From Cylindrospermopsis raciborskii Cr2010 (lineage in GTDB: Bacteria; Cyanobacteriota; Cyanobacteriia; Cyanobacteriales; Nostocaceae), in NCBI RefSeq assembly GCF_003367075.2, contig NZ_CP065936.1, forward strand, positions 3,570,001 through 3,602,000: a DNA stretch of 32,000 nucleotides, written 5' to 3'. The notes below the pieces were generated by a model. That model was not told the DNA's origin. It worked only from the letters and a program-made list of their open reading frames with translations, and did no database searches. This document shows positions 15,488 through 23,217 of the stretch, piece by piece; within the stretch, counting starts at the first letter, position 1; each line of letters opens with the position of its first letter. Made by a program: the position numbers and the translations under genes.

Positions 15488-16178
15488 ATAAGGTTTCTAA
15501 TCTTGTGTACCTGCTCGGGGTGGGGGGTGGTGCATTTAAAAAGGTCTGAAGTGGAATTCCATATTCTTCCGGTGTACCGCGTCCATCTCCTAGGCTTTGA
15601 CTGTGGGTTAGCCCATGAATACCTACTAATTTACCATTCTCATCTAGGATGGGACCTCCACTCATTCCTTTTAATGCTCCTATTCTATATACCAAGCTAT
15701 ATCCCCCGTCTCTTGGTTTTTTTAAAATCCGGGAGATTCCATCAAATCTAAAGGTAAAGTCTTGTTTAGAAGGAAATCCACTAATATAAACTACCTGCCC
15801 TATGGTTACAGTATTAGAGTCACCCAATGCCACTACTTGATATTCTTGGTCACTGTTAAATTGAAGGGTGGCTAAATCAAGATTAGGTATTTCTGTTACG
15901 TTATTTGATTGGTATTTTCTCCCATCGTAGGTGATAATTTCAAATGCGCCTTTATACTGAAAAACATGGGAATTGGTTAATACTGTGTAAGTGTTACCAT
16001 TTTTATTGATAATTACACCTGAACCTTGGTCGGGACCGCTAAGGCGAACAGTCACCCTTTCAGCGATCGCGCCGATTTCTTTGGTAGTTAGGGCAATAGT
16101 AATAAATGGATAGAATATGGTAATAAAGGTGACAAGAATTGCAATAGTGATTAGTTGGGTAAGTTTTTTGCGGTTCAT
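15488..16178 (-). pseudogene. Trypsin-like protease of the module, GUN4 domain deleted (module copy 2)
   Basis: Identical in protein to residues 1-230 of copies 1 and 3 (through ...RYTRLETLL). The reading frame then continues into antisense RAYT sequence (VMSNSSQKSFSCPGDVSFFF, track ORF 15423..16178). Confidence 0.75.
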
Positions 16179-16275
16179 CTCATGGGATGGGTGAGTTTTT
16201 TATCAGTATAGCTATTGTCTCCCAAACCAAGAAACTAGGGTTAATGTATAATAGGGGTATGCCAAAGGAGTGACT

Positions 16276-16935
16276 ATGCCACGTAAACAGCAAGTACCAA
16301 AGAAAGAAGAGCCAAAGCAGGAAACAAAACTGCAAATAATATCTGTGGTTAGGAAAACTGCTGCTCCCCCTCCAGTGGAATCTAATCCTGATGAGATTAT
16401 TCCACCTGCTGAGGAAAATAAAAAGGCTACCCCCCAAAAAGCTGCAAGAAAAAAATCTCAAAAAGCATCACCTGTGGTTCTAGCTCCACCACCTCCTCGG
16501 GATGTTACACCCCCAGTTGAAATACCCCCAGTGGTTATGACTCCCCCAAAAGACAGGGAGGTAGCATTACCTATTGAAATGGTTCCATCAACTCAACCAG
16601 ATGTTACACAACCGGTCGAAACTACTCTGCTAAAAGACCAGGAGGTAGGAGAACCAAATGTAGAATCATTGCCTGATGAAAAGACACAATACAAAAAGAA
16701 AGAGAAATTCTATATCTTTAAACGCCCCTACAAATTTACTCTAAAGGGCGATATAAATTTAATTGAGTGGGAATGCTCTTGTGGATATGAAGACGAAGTG
16801 TCTGTGCTTGTAGGAATGGAAAATTTACTTGTATTTTGTTCCCAGTGCGGGAAACCCAATAAGTTCAGAGGAACTCTATTAAGTCAAAAAGGCGCAACAG
16901 TTGGGGATGAAACTATCCCTGATGTCTCCCCATAA
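16276..16935 (+). CDS. Lys/Pro-rich, apparently disordered protein with C-terminal CxC-x18-CxxC zinc ribbon (module copy 2)
   Basis: GGAG at 16267-16270 lies 5 nt upstream of ATG 16276. The 219-aa product has internal imperfect repeats (DVTPPVE.../DVTQPVE...; PPKDREVALP/LLKDQEVGEP). The C-terminus reads IEWECSCGYEDEVSVLVGMENLLVFCSQCGKPNKF. Only one amino acid (R/K) differs from copy 3. No family recognised. Confidence 0.7.
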   Translation: MPRKQQVPKKEEPKQETKLQIISVVRKTAAPPPVESNPDEIIPPAEENKKATPQKAARKKSQKASPVVLAPPPPRDVTPPVEIPPVVMTPPKDREVALPIEMVPSTQPDVTQPVETTLLKDQEVGEPNVESLPDEKTQYKKKEKFYIFKRPYKFTLKGDINLIEWECSCGYEDEVSVLVGMENLLVFCSQCGKPNKFRGTLLSQKGATVGDETIPDVSP

Positions 16936-16965
16936 AAAAAGCCCCTCACCAGGTGAGGAGCTTTT
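16934..16965. terminator. Bidirectional intrinsic terminator (A-run, GC hairpin, T-run)
   Basis: aaaaaaaGCCCCTCACcagGTGAGGAGCtttt, located between convergent genes. Identical to 23167-23198. Confidence 0.7.
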
Positions 16966-16984
16966 CATTTACCAGTATTTGTTA

Positions 16985-17005
16985 TTAACCGTTGATTGCG
17001 GGAGC
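16985..17005 (-). pseudogene. 21-nt remnant of a psbA 3' end (stop codon plus 6 codons)
   Basis: ttaaccgttgattgcgggagc equals 23218-23238, the 3' end of psbA copy 2. Identity ends at 17006, where the NTase/wHTH cassette begins. Confidence 0.7.
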
Positions 17006-17010
17006 ATTAA

Positions 17011-17685
17011 TTATTGTGCTAACCTTTGAATTAGATTCAAAATTAATTGGTCACGACCAGCATTTTTTGATGCAAATGAAAGTTGACTAGGAGCTATTTC
17101 TAAAAGGTTTTCAAATTCAGTTTTAATCCATGTTTTTATAAACTTCTTGACTTTTATATCTCCCTGTTCTATTTCTTGTTCTAAATTAGGACAGCCATCC
17201 AGGAGTAAAACAATATCCTCTAAATCATGACTAGTATAGAAATTGCGATTTCCTCGACTATTAAATGCCTCAATTTTTGAAGCTAAAAGATAAGTTACCG
17301 GGAAAATATTTATTTTTTGACTACTTGGAAAAGTATAAATAATTGATTTTTTTATTCCTGGCTTGTACCAAGAATTGCTAAAACCAAGGATAGAAGTATC
17401 GTCTGGCATTATATCTAATATTAATTCCTGATACCGCCAACGACATATAACTTTACCTTTATCCTGTTCAAGTCCAATTTGACGTAGCTCTTCTTCAAAA
17501 AGATAGTATTTATTACGAGGAGTAATATTGATAACGCAATCTACATCATTCGTAGGACGGGCATCAATAGCAGAAATTTCGTCAAGATATAGTGATATTG
17601 TTGCCCCACCTATAAAAACTATTTTTTTATTTAATGCGGCAAGTAATTTTGCCGCCTTTTCAAGCATTTGTACTTGTTCATTCAT
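17011..17685 (-). CDS. Nucleotidyltransferase-fold protein, AbiEii/AbiGii-toxin-like
   Basis: The NTase signature is IVFIGGATISLYL...PTNDVDCVI (GG...hDhD). The C-terminal helix ASKIEAFNSRGNRNFYTSHDLEDIVLLLD resembles the AbiEii/DUF1814-type KLxAxxxRxxxRDxxDL region. A 4-nt overlap (ATGA) joins it to the upstream gene. Confidence 0.55.
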   Translation of the reverse strand: MNEQVQMLEKAAKLLAALNKKIVFIGGATISLYLDEISAIDARPTNDVDCVINITPRNKYYLFEEELRQIGLEQDKGKVICRWRYQELILDIMPDDTSILGFSNSWYKPGIKKSIIYTFPSSQKINIFPVTYLLASKIEAFNSRGNRNFYTSHDLEDIVLLLDGCPNLEQEIEQGDIKVKKFIKTWIKTEFENLLEIAPSQLSFASKNAGRDQLILNLIQRLAQ

Positions 17686-18254
17686 CTGATTGTCAGTTTC
17701 TTTTCTAGCTCTTGACTAGCGAGATTTTGTTCTCGCGCACGACCAACCCGAATTGCATCCACCAAACTCAACAACTCATAGAGTTCTGGGTCATTTTTTA
17801 CTGCAGCAGGAACAGATTTATATAATGGGGTAATACTTTGTCCTCTCACAGTTCCCTGTGGATCACTCCATACGTAGATATCGGTAGAATTGACATTCAG
17901 TAAATTTTTTAATGGTTCTGCTGAATGCGCAGTAGCAATTCCCCTCGTTAAAGGACCAGGTTTTTCAGGAAATACGTATTTCAGTCCGTGAATGAGGAAT
18001 TCAAGCAAAGAATGGTTTTTCACTTTTCTAGTAGACCAATCATACAACCCACTGGACTGACATCTTTTGAGACCAGCATAAACTTCCGAAGGACTAATGT
18101 GTAATGCAGTGCCAAGCTGGTTATAAGTCCATTCTGAGTTTTTTAAGTTGTGTACTTTCAGCAAGACAACGATATCTTGAGGTTTTAGCATGACGAGATT
18201 TTCGATGAATCTACATTTTATTCTATATTCGCAAATCGCAAATTTATTTGCCAT
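17682..18254 (-). CDS. Winged-helix DNA-binding protein, AbiEi-antitoxin-like partner of the NTase (alternative start ATG 18191)
   Basis: LKPQDIVVLLKVHNLKNSEWTYNQLGTALHISPSEVYAGLKRCQSSGLY is a wHTH pattern. A C-terminal domain of about 110 aa is of unknown function. The gene is translationally coupled to the NTase gene. Confidence 0.5.
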   Translation of the reverse strand: MANKFAICEYRIKCRFIENLVMLKPQDIVVLLKVHNLKNSEWTYNQLGTALHISPSEVYAGLKRCQSSGLYDWSTRKVKNHSLLEFLIHGLKYVFPEKPGPLTRGIATAHSAEPLKNLLNVNSTDIYVWSDPQGTVRGQSITPLYKSVPAAVKNDPELYELLSLVDAIRVGRAREQNLASQELEKKLTIR

Positions 18255-18360
18255 AATTGCCAGTTATGAAAAAAGTCTCCCACTACGTGAGGAGCTAATT
18301 GGAATATTAACCAGTTGGGACCCACCGAAGTTAAAGAGGCGATCGCGAAGCACTCCCCAT

Positions 18361-18392
18361 AAAAAAAGCCCCACACTAGGTGTGGAGCTTTT
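18361..18392. terminator. Variant copy of the bidirectional terminator downstream of psbA copy 1
   Basis: aaaaaaaGCCCCACACtagGTGTGGAGCtttt. Relative to 16941-16961, the stem carries a compensatory T:A to A:T change. Confidence 0.7.
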
Positions 18393-18411
18393 CATTTACC
18401 AGGACTGATTA

Positions 18412-19494
18412 TTAACCGTTGATTGCGGGGGCGGTTAATGCTACAGGTGCTACTTCACCAGCAGCTAGGTCTAAGGGGAAGTTGTGGGCGTTACGCTCGT
18501 GCATTACTTCCATACCTAGGTTAGCGCGGTTGATTACGTCAGCCCATGTACCGATTACGCGTCCTTGAGAATCAATGATGGATTGGTTGAAGTTGAATCC
18601 ATTCAGGTTGAATGCCATGGTGCTTACACCCAGTGCTGTAAACCAGATTCCTACTACTGGCCATGCTGCCAAGAAGAAGTGTAGTGAACGGCTGTTGTTG
18701 AATGAAGCATATTGGAATATCAAGCGTCCGAAGTAACCGTGTGCTGCTACGATGTTGTAGGTTTCTTCCTCTTGTCCGAACTTGTAACCATAGTTCTGAG
18801 ACTCGGTTTCGGTTGTTTCTCTTACTAAGGAAGATGTTACTAAGGAACCGTGCATAGCGCTGAACAAGCTACCACCGAATACACCTGCTACTCCTAACAT
18901 GTGGAAGGGGTGCATGAGGATGTTATGCTCTGCTTGGAACACAATCATGAAGTTGAAGGTTCCAGAGATACCTAAGGGCATACCATCAGAGAATGAACCT
19001 TGTCCGATGGGGTAGATTAAGAATACTGCGGTAGCTGCTGCCAAAGGAGCGGAGAATGCTACGCAAATCCAAGGGCGCATGCCTAAACGGAAGGATAGTT
19101 CCCATTCACGACCTAGGTAGCAGGCTACACCAATCAAGAAGTGGAAAATTACTAGTTGGTAAGGACCACCGTTGTATAACCATTCATCTAAGGATGCAGC
19201 TTCCCAAATTGGGTAGAAGTGCAAGCCAATAGCGTTGGAGGAAGGAACTACAGCACCGGAGATGATGTTGTTACCGTACATTAGGGAACCAGCTACGGGT
19301 TCGCGAATACCGTCGATGTCCACGGGGGGAGCAGCAATAAAAGCAATGATGAAGCAAGTAGTAGCTGCGAGAAGGGTGGGGATCATTAACACGCCAAACC
19401 AGCCAATATAAAGGCGGTTGTTGGTGCTGGTGATAAATTCACAGAAGCGATCCCATACGTTGGCGCTTTGGCGCTGTTGAATGGCAGTGGTCAT
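18412..19494 (-). CDS. psbA: Photosystem II reaction-centre protein D1 (E130, D1:2-type), copy 1
   Basis: The 360-aa product is unmistakably D1 (…[26 protein letters not shown]…[30 protein letters not shown]…[23 protein letters not shown] + C-terminal extension). By direct count, residue 130 is Glu. Confidence 0.97.
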   Translation of the reverse strand: MTTAIQQRQSANVWDRFCEFITSTNNRLYIGWFGVLMIPTLLAATTCFIIAFIAAPPVDIDGIREPVAGSLMYGNNIISGAVVPSSNAIGLHFYPIWEAASLDEWLYNGGPYQLVIFHFLIGVACYLGREWELSFRLGMRPWICVAFSAPLAAATAVFLIYPIGQGSFSDGMPLGISGTFNFMIVFQAEHNILMHPFHMLGVAGVFGGSLFSAMHGSLVTSSLVRETTETESQNYGYKFGQEEETYNIVAAHGYFGRLIFQYASFNNSRSLHFFLAAWPVVGIWFTALGVSTMAFNLNGFNFNQSIIDSQGRVIGTWADVINRANLGMEVMHERNAHNFPLDLAAGEVAPVALTAPAING

Positions 19495-19522
19495 GGTTGG
19501 CGTTGCATATTTGCGGGATGAA

Positions 19523-19969
19523 TCAACTAAACGCGGGTATTACTTCATACTTTAAATAGTGAAGTAATAATTTAATTGAATACCTAAGCATATCTACAGA
19601 TTTTGAATAGCATAGCGTTTTTCTATGTAGTCGCGCTAAGTAGTGACGTAAACGTGTATTTTCACCCTCTACCCTAGTCATATATGTTTTGCTCACAATA
19701 TGATCCTCTGGCTGAATAAAACTCGGATAAACCCTCCACCCATCAGTAACATAAAAAAAGCATTGCCAGAGTTTAACGATGTCCCACAAAGGTTGAAATG
19801 CTTGTGAGCTGTGGTCTCCCACAACCCAAGCCAGGATATTTTTACGGAAGTGATTTACTGCTGTCCACAACCATATTTTGTTTTTTTTTGATCCCACAAA
19901 GGTCTCCAACTCATCAAGCTCACCTACCAAGGGTGTTTCCTGGTGGAGCATCTGGAAGTATGGAACCAA
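19523..19969 (-). CDS. IS1 transposase C-terminal ORF (InsB-like DDE domain), probably expressed by frameshift fusion with InsA
   Basis: [22 protein letters not shown]...[13 protein letters not shown]...[36 protein letters not shown]. It overlaps the InsA frame by 50 nt. Confidence 0.8.
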   Translation of the reverse strand: MVPYFQMLHQETPLVGELDELETFVGSKKNKIWLWTAVNHFRKNILAWVVGDHSSQAFQPLWDIVKLWQCFFYVTDGWRVYPSFIQPEDHIVSKTYMTRVEGENTRLRHYLARLHRKTLCYSKSVDMLRYSIKLLLHYLKYEVIPAFS

Positions 19970-20210
19970 TTTGTTTTAGCCAGTAAATAATAGTTGTATG
20001 ATGAACGCCTTTATCGCGTTCAATTGCTCTAAATCCCATACCGTTAACATAAGAGCGCAGGCAACTTTGTTTAACTTCTTCTGAATAGCCTTTAGGTGGA
20101 CTATAGACATCGATAAATTGACGACCACAATCAACACAAATGTGATTTTGTTTACCTCGACGTTTGCCATTCTTTCTGATTTTGGAAGACCCGCAGTTTG
20201 GACAATGCAC
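19920..20210 (-). CDS. IS1 transposase N-terminal ORF (InsA-like, zinc finger plus HTH)
   Basis: MHCPNCGSSKIRKNGKRRGKQNHICVDCGRQF...GMGFRAIERDKGVHHTTIIYWLKQ. Confidence 0.8.
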   Translation of the reverse strand: MHCPNCGSSKIRKNGKRRGKQNHICVDCGRQFIDVYSPPKGYSEEVKQSCLRSYVNGMGFRAIERDKGVHHTTIIYWLKQIGSILPDAPPGNTLGR

Positions 20211-20249
20211 AGTAGATTACCTCAATTCATACCTCTATTATGCAACGCC

Positions 20250-20470
20250 GAATCAGTCGGTGCAAAAGTTAAGTTTTTACCCCCCTATTCTCCAGACTTA
20301 TCTCCGATAGAATTGTGTTGGTCAAAATTAAAGCAATTTCTCCGTAGTCGGGAGGCACGAACATTAGAAGCCCTAAATGAGGCCATGACAAGTGCAGTAA
20401 ATTATATTACAGCAGAGGATGCGCTTAATTGGTTCAATCATTGTGGTTTATTTACATGAAAACCGCTGTA
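20250..20470 (+). mobile_element. 3' fragment of an IS630-family element, truncated by the IS1
   Basis: It encodes ESVGAKVKFLPPYSPDLSPIELCWSKLKQFLRSREARTLEALNEAMTSAVNYITAEDALNWFNHCGLFT, identical to the C-terminus of 24873..25376. It ends with the IS630 terminal sequence acatgaaaaccgctgta. Confidence 0.85.
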
Positions 20471-20503
20471 ATATAGCTTGAGTTAAGGGGTGAGGAATGA
20501 AAA

Positions 20504-20539
20504 GGGCGATTGCGCAGCACTCCCTGCGGGATCTCGCAC
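20504..20539. repeat. Single unit of the dispersed-repeat family
   Basis: gggcgattgcgcagcactccctgcgggatctcgcac. Confidence 0.7.
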
Positions 20540-20661
20540 TGTATAACATCCTTTGATAATTTCTTAGGGCTAGGTCTTTTTTCTAGATGCGATCGCTTAC
20601 CCATTTCCTCTCAAAGGAAAAATGGTGAACCTTTCCTTGAAGACAGTTAATGGCAATGACG

Positions 20662-20957
20662 GACGATTCCGAAGCACTTCCTACAGGCGGGGCGATCGCA
20701 ATATATGATATACACCGACAGTAGTTCGGTGAAATTTCCCTTGAGAATCTCCTGGGGTTACTCTTTCTTCTGCAGGCGATCGCATTGCACTCCCTACAGG
20801 CGATCGCATCACACTCCCAATGTGGGATTGCGCAGCACTCCCTACAGGAGATCGCTCTCCCCTAGGCACGTTTCATGTTCGGTTCCCGTTTGATAAAACA
20901 TTGACGGTAAACGTTTTCCGTCAAAGGATGAATCAGTTATTTCAAGGGGGTAGGGAT
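20662..20957. repeat. Dispersed-repeat cluster (20662-20854) followed by MITE-like element A copy 3 (20855-20957)
   Basis: ...ggcgatcgcattgcactccctacaggcgatcgcatcacactcccaatgtgggattgcgcagcactccctacaggagatcg + ctctcccctaggcacgtttcatgttcggttcccgtttgataaaacattgacggtaaacgttttccgtcaaaggatgaatcagttatttcaagggggtagggat. Confidence 0.8.
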
Positions 20958-20974
20958 CACCCCCTGTGGGAGAT

Positions 20975-21248
20975 ACTGTGTTTTAATCAGATGCTGAAAG
21001 GATTTTGTCAAAAATATCGTCCTCAACCGAAAAAGGTGGAAAAAAACCGGTGGGGGAGTAAACTTTTGGCGGGGATGAAACCAAATCAAAAAAAGAAGGG
21101 AACATCACCAGGACAGCTAAAGCTTTTTTGGGATGAGTTAGACATAACTAATAAGGAAATAGTAAAGGCAGCAACAATATTTGTCAAGGCAAATTGTTAT
21201 ACACCTAATCCTAAAAATAAATTATATGAACTAGCAAGGTTTCGTTAA
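20975..21248 (+). pseudogene. RAYT remnant with internal deletion (module copy 3)
   Basis: ...(A)LCFNQML joins directly to KGFCQKYRPQPKKVEKNRWGSKLLAGMKPNQKKKGTSPGQLKLFWDELDITNKEIVKAATIFVKANCYTPNPKNK. Relative to copy 1, 12132-12389 is deleted. The N-terminal part of track ORF 20820..21248 is translated repeat sequence. Confidence 0.7.
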
Positions 21249-21295
21249 TTTCTTGTTATTTACAAAAGTTAACAATACTATCAAACCTTTATGGG

Positions 21296-22411
21296 TTACA
21301 CTCTACATGTCTTGACAGGAGGGAAGTACCTCCTCCTCAGTTGCAGTGCCACCGACCGCAGCGCCCAAATCATCCGCAAGTTTGGGAGTTGACCCGTTGG
21401 TGCGGATAATGAAAAGTTTAAATCTTTGTAATCGAGCCATGAACCTTGTTTTCTCCATCCCACCCTGTCTCCCAAGGATCTCCATACATTCACATCAAAT
21501 TGTTTTGTTCCTCCCAGGTTTTTGTATATTTCTTGTTGGACAGATATACCAAATTTACCCTGACTATATTTTAACCACAGATTGTCAATGGTGCGTAATT
21601 CTTGACAGGGAAAATTTTCTGCATCTTCTACTCTCAACCAAATCTCGCTTTGTCTGTTAGCTACTGCTAACATTACTCTGTCTGTTTCTAAATCTGCTTC
21701 TCTAAAGTCTTGAGCTTTCAACAAGGTTTCTAATCTTGTGTACCTGCTCGGGGTGGGGGGTGGTGCATTTAAAAAGGTCTGAAGTGGAATTCCATATTCT
21801 TCCGGTGTACCGCGTCCATCTCCTAGGCTTTGACTGTGGGTTAGCCCATGAATACCTACTAATTTACCATTCTCATCTAGGATGGGACCTCCACTCATTC
21901 CTTTTAATGCTCCTATTCTATATACCAAGCTATATCCCCCGTCTCTTGGTTTTTTTAAAATCCGGGAGATTCCATCAAATCTAAAGGTAAAGTCTTGTTT
22001 AGAAGGAAACCCACTAATATAAACTACCTGCCCTATGGTTACAGTATTAGAGTCACCCAATGCCACTACTTGATATTCTTGGTCACTGTTAAATTGAAGG
22101 GTGGCTAAATCAAGATTAGGTATTTCTGTTACGTTATTTGATTGGTATTTTCTCCCATCGTAGGTGATAATTTCAAATGCGCCTTTATACTGAAAAACAT
22201 GGGAATTGGTTAATACTGTGTAAGTGTTACCATTTTTATTGATAATTACACCTGAACCTTGGTCGGGACCGCTAAGGCGAACAGTCACCCTTTCAGCGAT
22301 CGCGCCGATTTCTTTGGTAGTTAGGGCAATAGTAATAAATGGATAGAATATGGTAATAAAGGTGACAAGAATTGCAATAGTGATTAGTTGGGTAAGTTTT
22401 TTGCGGTTCAT
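21296..22411 (-). CDS. Membrane-anchored trypsin-like serine protease fused to a GUN4-like domain (module copy 3, 371 aa)
   Basis: Residues 1-256 are identical to copy 1. The GUN4 domain is diverged (SEIWLRVEDAENFPCQELRT..., QFDVNVWRSLGDRV, LDYKDLNF) and the C-terminal tail is longer (…GQLPNLRMIWALRSVALQLRRRYFPPVKTCRV). Confidence 0.85.
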   Translation of the reverse strand: MNRKKLTQLITIAILVTFITIFYPFITIALTTKEIGAIAERVTVRLSGPDQGSGVIINKNGNTYTVLTNSHVFQYKGAFEIITYDGRKYQSNNVTEIPNLDLATLQFNSDQEYQVVALGDSNTVTIGQVVYISGFPSKQDFTFRFDGISRILKKPRDGGYSLVYRIGALKGMSGGPILDENGKLVGIHGLTHSQSLGDGRGTPEEYGIPLQTFLNAPPPTPSRYTRLETLLKAQDFREADLETDRVMLAVANRQSEIWLRVEDAENFPCQELRTIDNLWLKYSQGKFGISVQQEIYKNLGGTKQFDVNVWRSLGDRVGWRKQGSWLDYKDLNFSLSAPTGQLPNLRMIWALRSVALQLRRRYFPPVKTCRV

Positions 22412-22508
22412 CTCATGGGATGGGTGAGTTTTTTATCAGTATAGCTATTGTCTCCCAAACCAAGAAACTAGGGCTAATGTATAATAGGGGTATGCCAAAG
22501 GAGTGACT

Positions 22509-23168
22509 ATGCCACGTAAACAGCAAGTACCAAAGAAAGAAGAGCCAAAGCAGGAAACAAAACTGCAAATAATATCTGTGGTTAAGAAAACTGCTGCTCC
22601 CCCTCCAGTGGAATCTAATCCTGATGAGATTATTCCACCTGCTGAGGAAAATAAAAAGGCTACCCCCCAAAAAGCTGCAAGAAAAAAATCTCAAAAAGCA
22701 TCACCTGTGGTTCTAGCTCCACCACCTCCTCGGGATGTTACACCCCCAGTTGAAATACCCCCAGTGGTTATGACTCCCCCAAAAGACAGGGAGGTAGCAT
22801 TACCTATTGAAATGGTTCCATCAACTCAACCAGATGTTACACAACCGGTCGAAACTACTCTGCTAAAAGACCAGGAGGTAGGAGAACCAAATGTAGAATC
22901 ATTGCCTGATGAAAAGACACAATACAAAAAGAAAGAGAAATTCTATATCTTTAAACGCCCCTACAAATTTACTCTAAAGGGCGATATAAATTTGATTGAG
23001 TGGGAATGCTCTTGTGGATATGAAGACGAAGTGTCTGTGCTTGTAGGAATGGAAAATTTACTTGTATTTTGTTCCCAGTGCGGGAAACCCAATAAGTTCA
23101 GAGGAACTCTATTAAGTCAAAAAGGCGCAACAGTTGGGGATGAAACTATCCCTGATGTCTCCCCATAA
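22509..23168 (+). CDS. Lys/Pro-rich protein with C-terminal zinc ribbon (module copy 3)
   Basis: Same as 16276..16935 with one substitution (K for R). It lies 97 bp from the divergent protease start. Confidence 0.7.
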   Translation: MPRKQQVPKKEEPKQETKLQIISVVKKTAAPPPVESNPDEIIPPAEENKKATPQKAARKKSQKASPVVLAPPPPRDVTPPVEIPPVVMTPPKDREVALPIEMVPSTQPDVTQPVETTLLKDQEVGEPNVESLPDEKTQYKKKEKFYIFKRPYKFTLKGDINLIEWECSCGYEDEVSVLVGMENLLVFCSQCGKPNKFRGTLLSQKGATVGDETIPDVSP

Positions 23169-23198
23169 AAAAAGCCCCTCACCAGGTGAGGAGCTTTT
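23167..23198. terminator. Bidirectional intrinsic terminator shared by the zinc-ribbon gene and psbA
   Basis: aaaaaaaGCCCCTCACcagGTGAGGAGCtttt, located between stop codons 23166-23168 (+) and 23218-23220 (-). Confidence 0.7.
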
Positions 23199-23217
23199 CA
23201 TTTACCAGTATTGATTA

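Larger units (their letters stand above)
19499..20249 (-). mobile_element. IS1-family insertion sequence (751 bp)
   Basis: Terminal inverted repeats are ggcgttgcata(t)t at 19499 and a(t)tatgcaacgcc ending at 20249, matching 12 of 13 positions. Two overlapping transposase ORFs are present. No matching target-site duplication is seen (flanks ...catggtt / gaatcagtc...). Confidence 0.8.

Noticed and set aside
15423-16178. ORF 15423..16178 considered as an intact 251-aa protease gene.
   Set aside because: The last 20 codons are antisense RAYT sequence created by a deletion junction at 15487/15488, and the GUN4 domain is gone. It is called a truncated pseudogene, though expression cannot be excluded.
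16180-16461. Minus-strand ORFs 16180..16461 and 22413..22694 (93 aa), located between the protease gene and the zinc-ribbon gene.
   Set aside because: They are antisense to the 5' part of the better-supported zinc-ribbon gene and span the divergent promoter region. Their sequence is low-complexity, F/L/W-rich and typical of antisense Lys/Pro-rich coding. No RBS is present.
20820-21248. ORF 20820..21248 considered as a 142-aa protein.
   Set aside because: It is chimeric. The N-terminal 50 aa are translated repeats and MITE element A, fused in frame to an internally deleted RAYT remnant.
21296-21720. A diversity-generating retroelement (DGR) as the cause of the GUN4-domain variability.
   Set aside because: The window has no reverse transcriptase and no template repeat. 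The substitutions are not adenine-specific, and indels are involved.
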